A stretch of DNA of 64,000 nt from Acidobacteriota bacterium (GTDB taxonomy: Bacteria > Acidobacteriota > JAAYUB01). Both the position numbers and the translations under genes were made by a program. The notes under the pieces were generated by a model that saw only the letters and a program-made list of their open reading frames with translations, did not search any database and had not been told where the DNA came from. How positions within the stretch are numbered: the first letter of the stretch is position 1; each line of letters opens with the position of its first letter. The stretch lies in contig JAXGLX010000002.1 in NCBI GenBank assembly GCA_040768985.1, positions 4,160,637 to 4,224,636 on the forward strand, read 5' to 3'. Positions 56,854-64,000 of the stretch are shown here, piece after piece.

Positions 56854-57877
56854 GGTTGGCCTCCACGATGGTTCGGGTCAGGATCGACGGGTCGGGGACG
56901 AAATCCAGGGCCGACTGATGGAGCGCCGGCCGGTACTCGGCGACCAGCTCGTCAAGAAGAGCGGCGTGGGCGGCCCGCTCCTTGTCCATGCGCAGTTGCT
57001 GGATGATCGCTTCCCGGACCTCATAGTATTTTTGGGGATGGGACTGTATAACCTCTTCCAGGTAGAAGATGTGGAACCCGTACTGGGTCCGCATCACCTC
57101 GGAATAGCCGCCCGGCTTGAGCCCCATGATGATCTTTTCGAAATCGGGCGGCAGCTGCCCCTGCTGGAACAATCCGAGGTCGCCGCCGTTGGCGGCGGAC
57201 GAGGCGCGGGAGAACTGGCGGGCGAAGGCGCTGAAGCGGGGCTTGCCGCTCTCGCGGAGCTCGGCGTGGATCTGGCGGGCCAGCCGCTCGTCATCCACGA
57301 GGATTTCCCGCACGTGGTAGCGTTTCGGCATCATGTATTCTCCGCTGTGCCGGGCGTAGTGGGCCTCAGCCTCCGCTTCGGTCACCTGGAGCTGGCCGCC
57401 GATTCGCCGGGTCAGATATTCCTGGATGACCAGCTCGTCGCCGGAGAGCGTCAGTCCGGCGGTTTGGCCCGGCTGCGCCGGAGCTTTTGCGGCGCCTTCG
57501 AGATCCGGCGCGCGGTGGATCCCGGCGTTGCGGGCGGCGGCCAGCAGCAGGCTCCGCTCGATGAATTCGTTGAGGAGGGTGGTGTTTTCGGCGCTGCCCA
57601 GCGGGGTGGAGTCACCCATGGCGGAGAGGAATCCCTGCCGGTATTGGTTGAAATCGCGGAACGTGAAAGACTCGCTCCCCACCGTGAGCACCACGGCCTG
57701 ATCCGGCTTAAACCAGGCCGAGCCGGGCGCTGCCGAGGCGTCGGCGCCGGCTTTGTCGCTCCGGCAAGCCGCCAGGGCCAGGGCCAGGGTCAGGACACAG
57801 GGCACCGCCACCGGCAGGCCCGGCGGCTGCCAGAGGATTCGGTGGAGTTGTCGATAGGGACCGTACGCGCGCATCAT
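56843..57877 (-). CDS. Parvulin-type PPIase lipoprotein (PrsA/SurA-like)
   Basis: Lipobox LALAACRSD. PpiC domain GGDLGLFQQGQLPPDFEKIIMGLKPGGYSEVMRTQYGFHIFYLEEV. Confidence 0.7.
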   Translation of the reverse strand: MMRAYGPYRQLHRILWQPPGLPVAVPCVLTLALALAACRSDKAGADASAAPGSAWFKPDQAVVLTVGSESFTFRDFNQYRQGFLSAMGDSTPLGSAENTTLLNEFIERSLLLAAARNAGIHRAPDLEGAAKAPAQPGQTAGLTLSGDELVIQEYLTRRIGGQLQVTEAEAEAHYARHSGEYMMPKRYHVREILVDDERLARQIHAELRESGKPRFSAFARQFSRASSAANGGDLGLFQQGQLPPDFEKIIMGLKPGGYSEVMRTQYGFHIFYLEEVIQSHPQKYYEVREAIIQQLRMDKERAAHAALLDELVAEYRPALHQSALDFVPDPSILTRTIVEANHAK

Positions 57878-57888
57878 GCCCTTTCAAA

Positions 57889-60800
57889 TCAGGAAATGTT
57901 AACACAGGCGCCCAGATCCAGCAACGTGCTTTTCAGAAGCTGGAACATCTCGGGGATGGAGGAGAACGCCTGACGAAGAATGAGAAAACCGCCCGGGGCG
58001 AAAGCGAGCGGCTCGCCGGCCTCGATCCTGCGGATCAGCCGCTCGGTGTCCACGGGGGAGTCCTCGGAAAACCGGATCCGGAACTCGTCCTGCCGGCGTT
58101 CGATGGAGAGCACGGCCAGGCGGGTGGCCAGCAGCTTGAGTCGCATGTACTCGAACAGGTAGTCGAGCACCTCGGGGAAGGCGCCATAGCGGTCCCGGAC
58201 CTCCGCGCGCAATTCGTGGAGGGCGGTGTCGTCGGCCGCCGAGGCGATGCGCTTGTAGAGCCGCAGCCGCTCCTCCTCCTGGGGAATGTACTCGGAGGGG
58301 ATGCGGAGCTTGACGTGGAGGTTGAGCTTGAGGCGTTCGGGGGGCAGGTAGCGTTCGCCCTTCAGCTCCCGGACGGCCTCCTCGAGCAGGCGGCAGTACA
58401 TCTCGAAGCCCACCGCCTCGATGTGCCCGTGCTGCGCCGCGCCCAGCAGGTTGCCGGCGCCGCGGATCTCCAGATCCAGCGCTGCCAGGCGGAATCCGGC
58501 GCCGAGCTCGGTGAAGTCGCGGATGGCCGCCAGGCGCTTGCGGGCCGGGTCGGTGAGCTGCTCGAACGACGGCACGAGCAGCCAGGCGTAGGCCCGCCGG
58601 CTGGAGCGGCCCACCCGGCCGCGGAGCTGGTAGAGCTGGGCGAGACCGAAGCGGTGGGCGTGGTCGATGATGATGGTGTTGACCAGGGGAATGTCGATGC
58701 CGTTTTCGATGATGGTTGTGGACAGGAGCACGTCGTACTCCTGGGCGATGAAGGCGAGCAGGATGCGCTCCAGCTCGCTCTCGCGCATCTGGCCGTGGGC
58801 GATCACCACCCGCGCCTCGGGCACCAGTTCGCGGATCCGGGCGCCGATCTCGTGGATGGTTTCGATCCGGTTGTGGATGAAGTAGACCTGACCGCGCCGG
58901 GCCAGTTCCTGCCGCACCGCCTCCTGGATGACGTCCTCGGCGTACCGGACCACCTGGGTCTGGATCGACAGCCGGTCCTTCGGCGGCGTCTCGATGACCG
59001 AGATGTCGCGAATGCCCACGATGCTCATGTGCAGCGTGCGGGGGATCGGCGTGGCGGTGAGGGTCAGGACGTCCACGTCGGCGCGCAACTGCTTGATCCG
59101 CTCCTTGTGGCGCACGCCGAACCGCTGCTCCTCGTCCACGATGAGCAGACCGAGGCGGGGACAGGCGACATCCTGCGACAGGAGGCGGTGGGTGCCCACG
59201 ATGACGTCCACCTTCCCTTCGGCGAGGTCGGCCAGCACCGTCTTCTGCTCGCGGGCGTTACGGAACCGGCTGAGCAGTTCGATCCGCACGGGGTAGGAGG
59301 CGAAACGGTTGCGGAACGTGTTCAGGTGCTGGAAGGCCAGCACCGTCGTGGGCGCGAGCACGGCCACCTGCCGGCCGGCGCCGACCGCCTTGAACGCGGC
59401 GCGCATGGCCACCTCGGTCTTGCCGTAGCCCACGTCGCCGCACAGCAGGCGGTCCATGGGGCGGGGCGACTCCATGTCCCGCTTGATGTCGTGGATGGCC
59501 GTCCACTGGTCGGGCGTTTCCTCGTACTCAAACATGTTCTCGAATTCCCGCTGCCAGTGGTCGTCGGCCGGGAAGGCGAAACCGGGGGCCGACGAGCGGC
59601 GGGCATACAACCGGATCAGCTCGTTGGCCATGTCATGGAGGGACTTTTTCACCCGCGCGCGCGTCTTCTGCCAGGTGGCGCCGCCCAGGCGGTCCATGGG
59701 TGGCGCGGCACTTTCGCTGCCGGCGTATTTCTGGACGAGGTCAAGACGCTCGGCCGGAACGTAGAGCTGGGCGCGGTCGGCGTACTCGAGATGGGCGAAC
59801 TCCTGCTCCGCGCCGGCAACGGCGATCCGCTCCAGGCCGCGGAAGACGCCTACCCCGTGGTCCACGTGCACGACGTAGTCACCAGGCTTCAGGTCGCGGA
59901 AATCGGAGAAAAAGGCCGAGATGGAGGCGAACCGCCGGGCCGGCAGCTCCGCCCGGCGCCGGCGTCCGCGGGGATAGATGTCGTCGCTGGCGAACACCGC
60001 CAGCGCCAGGTCGGGCAGGCGGAAGCCCCGTTCCAGCGGCCCCTGGGTGATGACCACCTGCCGGCCGGCGGACAGGTCGAGGTCCGCCCAGCGGAGCTCC
60101 TCCTGCCAGCGATGGGCGATGCCGTACTCCTCGCACAGGTCGTGAATGCGTTCGCAGCGGCCCGGCGAGGAGAGCACCAGCAGGATGTGCTCCCGCGTGG
60201 CGGCGATGTGCTGGGCCAGCCCGGTGAAATTGCCCAGGAACGAGGTGGTCGGCGTGGCGCGGAGGGTGATGGCCGCGGCGCCATCCGCCGGGAAGGATTC
60301 CACGAGCACGCTCGCCGGCTGGTCGATCAGCGTACCCACCGTGTCGGCCGGGTGGAAATGATCGGTCGGTGGCAGCGCGGGCCGTCCGGCGGCGACAGTC
60401 TCCTGGTAGCGTTCGGCCTGGGTGTCCCAGAAGCCGGCCAGCCGGGCGGCGATGTCGTCGACGAACAGGACCGCCGGGCGGCCGGGGCCGAGGTAATCCC
60501 ACAAGCCGGCCGCGGCCCGTCCCAGGAGGGGTGCCAGGTGCTCGTGGCCGGGCGCGGGGGCGGCGCCGGACAGCGGTTCCAGGACTTCGGCCAGCGCCCC
60601 GGGGTCCGCAGCGTCGCCGAAGCGGCGGGCGACCGCCTCCGCAAGCGCGGACAGGTAATCGGGGCCGGCGGGGCCAGGCGTCATGGGGATGATGGTGACC
60701 GCGTCCAGCATCCGGACGGAGCGCTGGCTGTCGGGATCGAACGCGCGAAGCGACTCGACGGCGTCGCCGAAGAACTCCACCCGGACCGGGTGCGCCAGTT

Positions 60801-61389
60801 GCGGCGAGAAGACGTCCAGAACGCCGCCGCGGATGGCGAATTCGCCGGGTTCGGTGACGGGATCCTCAGCGGTATAGCCCGCGGCCAGCAGGAGCCGGCG
60901 GATCTCGGGGAGCGGGATCTCGCCGTGCAGCCGCAGCTCCAGAAGCCGCGCGATGTACGTCTCCGGCAGGGGATACCGGTCCAACAGGCACTCGGGTGTC
61001 GTGACCACGGCAACCGGCGGATGGTCCAGCAGTTGCCAAAGGGCCTGGCTGCGCTGGGCCAGAATGCGCGGGTGGGGCGACAGCCCCCGGTACGGATCCG
61101 CCTCGAAGGCCGGCAGCAGCACCACGTCGTCGGCGGACCGGCCGTCCCGGCCCAGCCACCAGCCGAGCTCCTCGGCCAGCCGCTCGGCGCGGTCGTTGTC
61201 GCGTGCCACCAGCAGCACCGGCGGTCCGGCCGCCGCCACCACGGCGGCGGCCACGAGGGGATGGGCCGCGTCCGGGCAGCCGCAGATCCGGCGCGGGCGG
61301 CCGGGCGGACCGGCGATCGCCTGCTGGATGTAGCTCAGGAGATCCATCTCCGGCTCCGCCGCCGGATCAGGACGCCGCCGGATCGCCAC
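57889..61389 (-). CDS. mfd: Transcription-repair coupling factor
   Basis: 1166 aa. UvrB-homology N-terminus, RNAP-interaction domain, DEAD-box translocase motifs ([19 protein letters not shown]), and TRG/CarD-like regions. Confidence 0.9.
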   Translation of the reverse strand: MAIRRRPDPAAEPEMDLLSYIQQAIAGPPGRPRRICGCPDAAHPLVAAAVVAAAGPPVLLVARDNDRAERLAEELGWWLGRDGRSADDVVLLPAFEADPYRGLSPHPRILAQRSQALWQLLDHPPVAVVTTPECLLDRYPLPETYIARLLELRLHGEIPLPEIRRLLLAAGYTAEDPVTEPGEFAIRGGVLDVFSPQLAHPVRVEFFGDAVESLRAFDPDSQRSVRMLDAVTIIPMTPGPAGPDYLSALAEAVARRFGDAADPGALAEVLEPLSGAAPAPGHEHLAPLLGRAAAGLWDYLGPGRPAVLFVDDIAARLAGFWDTQAERYQETVAAGRPALPPTDHFHPADTVGTLIDQPASVLVESFPADGAAAITLRATPTTSFLGNFTGLAQHIAATREHILLVLSSPGRCERIHDLCEEYGIAHRWQEELRWADLDLSAGRQVVITQGPLERGFRLPDLALAVFASDDIYPRGRRRRAELPARRFASISAFFSDFRDLKPGDYVVHVDHGVGVFRGLERIAVAGAEQEFAHLEYADRAQLYVPAERLDLVQKYAGSESAAPPMDRLGGATWQKTRARVKKSLHDMANELIRLYARRSSAPGFAFPADDHWQREFENMFEYEETPDQWTAIHDIKRDMESPRPMDRLLCGDVGYGKTEVAMRAAFKAVGAGRQVAVLAPTTVLAFQHLNTFRNRFASYPVRIELLSRFRNAREQKTVLADLAEGKVDVIVGTHRLLSQDVACPRLGLLIVDEEQRFGVRHKERIKQLRADVDVLTLTATPIPRTLHMSIVGIRDISVIETPPKDRLSIQTQVVRYAEDVIQEAVRQELARRGQVYFIHNRIETIHEIGARIRELVPEARVVIAHGQMRESELERILLAFIAQEYDVLLSTTIIENGIDIPLVNTIIIDHAHRFGLAQLYQLRGRVGRSSRRAYAWLLVPSFEQLTDPARKRLAAIRDFTELGAGFRLAALDLEIRGAGNLLGAAQHGHIEAVGFEMYCRLLEEAVRELKGERYLPPERLKLNLHVKLRIPSEYIPQEEERLRLYKRIASAADDTALHELRAEVRDRYGAFPEVLDYLFEYMRLKLLATRLAVLSIERRQDEFRIRFSEDSPVDTERLIRRIEAGEPLAFAPGGFLILRQAFSSIPEMFQLLKSTLLDLGACVNIS

Positions 61390-61870
61390 CGGTGATCCGG
61401 CGGATCAGGGCAGAGGTGGAATAGCCCGGGGCGAAAGGCAGGGAGCGGACCGTGCCGCCGCCGGCCTCCACGTCCTCGCGCCCGACGATGCGGTCGGGGG
61501 TCCAGTCGCCGCCCTTGACCAGCACGTCCGGCTTCAGCGTGCGGATGACGGCCAGCGGGGTGTCGTCGTCGAAAATCGTGACAAAGCTCACCATCTCGAG
61601 GGCGGCGAGGATCTCGGCCCGATCCGCCTCGGTCTGGATGGGCCGGGCCGCGCCCTTGAGCCGGTGGACGGAGGCGTCGCTGTTGACGGCGACCACCAGT
61701 GTGTCGCCCAGGGCGGCCGCCTCGCGGAGGTAGCGGATGTGACCGGGGTGCAGGAGGTCGAAGCAGCCGTTGGTGAGCACCACCCGCCGGCCGCCGGCCT
61801 GGAGTTCGGCCAGGATCGCCCGCAGGGCCTCAACGCTGTGGATCTTGCTCCGGGGCACGGGTGTCTCCAA
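61367..61870 (-). CDS. Cytidylyltransferase-like nucleotidyltransferase, RfaE domain II / HldE C-terminal type (D-glycero-beta-D-manno-heptose-1-phosphate adenylyltransferase)
   Basis: [19 protein letters not shown] and ...VVAVNSD..V..LKG..RP signature of the family. 167 aa. Confidence 0.7.
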   Translation of the reverse strand: METPVPRSKIHSVEALRAILAELQAGGRRVVLTNGCFDLLHPGHIRYLREAAALGDTLVVAVNSDASVHRLKGAARPIQTEADRAEILAALEMVSFVTIFDDDTPLAVIRTLKPDVLVKGGDWTPDRIVGREDVEAGGGTVRSLPFAPGYSTSALIRRITGGDPAAS

Positions 61871-62723
61871 ATTGAAGGGTGAACCGGATCTCCGTGGGGA
61901 CCACCTCGCCGTTGTAGGTGGCGGGCAGGAATTTCCACGAATTGCGGATGGTCTCGCGGACCCGCTCCCCCATCCCGTGGGGCGGATCGGGCGAGAGCCG
62001 GATCTCGGACACGTTGCCCGACGGATCCATCCGGGCGATCGCCTCGACGATCCCCGCGAAGCCGGCGGCGGCGGCGGCTGGAGTCGGTCGAGGCTGCGGC
62101 CGAAAGATGATCCGGGGCGGGTTGATGCCGTCGGCGGTGAGGCAGTCGTCGTGGAGATCCCGGATGGCGTCGCCTTCCTCGTAAGGGATATAGACGCCCA
62201 AGTCGGGAATCTGGCGCTGCTGAAACATCTTCGGGACGTTGGCCGCGGTCAGGTCCAGTTCGGCGAGCCGGGCCATGAGCGACTCGAACCGCTCCGGCGT
62301 CAGCGCGGCCAGCTCCAGGTAACGGCCGCTCCAGCTCAGGTAGACCTTGACCAGGTCTTGCTCGAACCGGAACGCGCCGAGGATGTCGGAACCCATGGCG
62401 GTGCGCGGCGGGATCATGCGGAACGCCGAGTACACCGTGACGTTGCCCGGCTTGATTTCCGTGAACACCTGGCCCACGACTGTCAGGCCGTTGCGCTTGA
62501 TGCCCACCAGGTGGTGGGGCTCCAGGGCGAACGCGGCGTCGGTAAAGTTGATCACGTTGATGATGGCCAGGGTGTCGCTCTTGAACTCCAGCGTGACCAC
62601 CCGGGAGGGGTCGGTGTAGGCGAACGCCGACTGGGCGCGGACGGCGCCCGCCAGACCGAACACGCACAGGACGGCTGTCAGCCCGACGCTAACGGCCGGG
62701 ATCTTTCGCGGGTGCGTCCGCAT
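61830..62723 (-). CDS. Secreted protein with a C-terminal TonB-like domain
   Basis: Signal peptide ([19 protein letters not shown]). C-terminal [21 protein letters not shown]...[15 protein letters not shown] resembles a TonB_C fold. No N-terminal TM or Pro-rich spacer. Confidence 0.5.
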   Translation of the reverse strand: MRTHPRKIPAVSVGLTAVLCVFGLAGAVRAQSAFAYTDPSRVVTLEFKSDTLAIINVINFTDAAFALEPHHLVGIKRNGLTVVGQVFTEIKPGNVTVYSAFRMIPPRTAMGSDILGAFRFEQDLVKVYLSWSGRYLELAALTPERFESLMARLAELDLTAANVPKMFQQRQIPDLGVYIPYEEGDAIRDLHDDCLTADGINPPRIIFRPQPRPTPAAAAAGFAGIVEAIARMDPSGNVSEIRLSPDPPHGMGERVRETIRNSWKFLPATYNGEVVPTEIRFTLQFGDTRAPEQDPQR

Positions 62724-64000
62724 CGGTCTTGTCCTCCTCGGGTTGTTTCGGCTCGGGTGACGCGGCGTCCGGCTGCCCCGGCAGGTAGGTTTTCGCGCGG
62801 GTGAACGGCTGGCTGAGGTACTTGGTGGCTTCGGTGACGGCGCCGCGGGAGTCGTCGTTGGTGTTGACGGCCTTGTTGTACTCGGCGACGGCCCGCTGGC
62901 GCTGCCCGAGCACGTCGAACACCTTGCCCATGTACATGTAGCAAAGGGCCACCACCCATGGTGGCTGCTGGTCGCCGTTGAGCGCCTCGCGGAAGGTGTT
63001 CTGGGCGGTGTTGTAGTTGAACTGTTCGTAGAAGATCAGGGCCAGCTTGAACAGCGCGAGAGAGTTGCGGGGCTGCCGCTCGAGGACGCGCTTGTACTCG
63101 TCGGTGGCCGACGGAAAGTCGCCAAGCTCGAAGTGCTCGTCGCCCCGGACAATGTGGACCTGGATTTCCAGTTCCTCCGATTTGCGCAGGATCCGGAAGT
63201 TCGGGTCGACGACGAGCTGGGTGGGCCGGGTTTCGGTTTCGATGTTGAGCCGGGTGCTCTCTCCCTTGACCTCGATCACCTTCAGCTCGTCCTGGCCCTT
63301 GGTGACGAACATGAGTTCCAGGGGGATCTGGAACGCGGTCAGCGTCTGGTTCACCTTGCCCACCGTCTGGAAGCCGCCCTTGGCGAGGCGGTACACGATG
63401 TACTCCACCGTGAATTCCGGCAGGTCGATGGTGTTGATCCACTGGTTGAAGAACCAGGTGTAATCGGCGCCGGTCACCTGCCGGGTGATCTCTGCGACGA
63501 GCCGGGTGCTGAGCGGCTCGAGCGACCCCCGCTGCCAGACAGTCGCGAGCAACGTCTCGAATTTCTCCCGGCCGACGAGCGTCCGCAGCATATGGAACAC
63601 CCACGCCGACTTGGCCACCACCACCGAGTCGTACTTTTCCGAACCGACGCCCAGGTGCACGCCCCGGGCGATGGGTTCCGCGTCCTGGTACTTGAGGGCG
63701 TCCACCGCCAGCAGGCGCATGGTGGCGTCGAACGCCTCCGCGCCCTTGACGTCCTCGAAGAACAGGGCGGCGGCGTACTGGGACAATCCCTCCAGGATCC
63801 AGATGTCCTCGGGTGCGGCGACCCGCAGGGGCAGCAGCCACTTCTGGTAGGCGAACTTGCGGATGATCTGCCGGTTTTCGGGATTCTTGCTGGTGAACTC
63901 CCGAGTAGTGAGAAACACGGAGTCCAGCATGCCGAACTGCGCCTGGAAGTTGTCAGACACCTCGACGATGCGCAGCGGCTCCTGAGCCGGCTTCCAGTTC
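62689..64000 (-). CDS. M1-peptidase-like / TPR-repeat protein, 5' end probably beyond the window
   Basis: The frame is open to the window edge. The region WILEGLSQYAAALFFED... resembles the helical domain after an M1 zinc site. C-terminal TPRs (ALFKLALIFYEQFNYNTAQNTFREALNGDQQPPWVVALCYMYMGKVF). Weak call. Confidence 0.4.
   Translation of the reverse strand, partial: NWKPAQEPLRIVEVSDNFQAQFGMLDSVFLTTREFTSKNPENRQIIRKFAYQKWLLPLRVAAPEDIWILEGLSQYAAALFFEDVKGAEAFDATMRLLAVDALKYQDAEPIARGVHLGVGSEKYDSVVVAKSAWVFHMLRTLVGREKFETLLATVWQRGSLEPLSTRLVAEITRQVTGADYTWFFNQWINTIDLPEFTVEYIVYRLAKGGFQTVGKVNQTLTAFQIPLELMFVTKGQDELKVIEVKGESTRLNIETETRPTQLVVDPNFRILRKSEELEIQVHIVRGDEHFELGDFPSATDEYKRVLERQPRNSLALFKLALIFYEQFNYNTAQNTFREALNGDQQPPWVVALCYMYMGKVFDVLGQRQRAVAEYNKAVNTNDDSRGAVTEATKYLSQPFTRAKTYLPGQPDAASPEPKQPEEDKTDADAPAKDPGR

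Overview
This 64-kb window comes from a high-GC (roughly 68-70%) chromosome of a Gram-negative-type bacterium. The sequence carries TonB proteins, SurA-like chaperones, outer-membrane beta-barrels and a lipoprotein lipobox. The gene content has an Acidobacteriota- or Myxococcota-like flavour, but the taxon cannot be assigned from the sequence alone. Most ORFs in the six-frame track are antisense or overlapping artefacts of the high GC content, and about 55 real genes are supported.

The backbone is core housekeeping DNA: ispE, tRNA-Gln, prs, rplY(ctc), pth, rpsF-rpsR-rplI, dnaB, rpsO-pnp, an RNase E/G, a YhaM-like RNase, two parvulin-type PPIases with mfd, hutI and tRNA-Ala. No transposase, integrase, phage gene or CRISPR array was found.

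Five things stand out beyond the housekeeping genes:
- A formate dehydrogenase locus (fdhD-mobA divergent from an oxalate/formate-antiporter-like MFS transporter, an orphan receiver, fdhA and a fused NuoE/NuoF-like beta subunit). Its alpha-subunit gene is interrupted by an in-frame UGA at 18531-18533, in the conserved CAR-U-HS motif, followed by a SECIS-like hairpin. It is a selenoprotein, not two ORFs or a pseudogene.
- A three-gene membrane signalling module at 3138-7542. It comprises a periplasmic S1 protease fused through one TM helix to a cytoplasmic FHA domain, a zinc-ribbon FHA protein, and a receptor-type Hanks Ser/Thr kinase carrying six tandem G-T-Q-A-Y repeats. This is the best candidate for an undescribed system.
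- A secreted gingipain-like C25 peptidase with a C-terminal dockerin, next to a coiled-coil porin.
- A secreted protein built from four approximately 110-aa tandem repeats of an unknown domain.
- A co-directional operon of a secreted HExxH protease, a GIY-YIG nuclease and a membrane GT2.

Coordinates are 1-based; gene starts are inferred from RBS and homology logic and may be off by one start codon.
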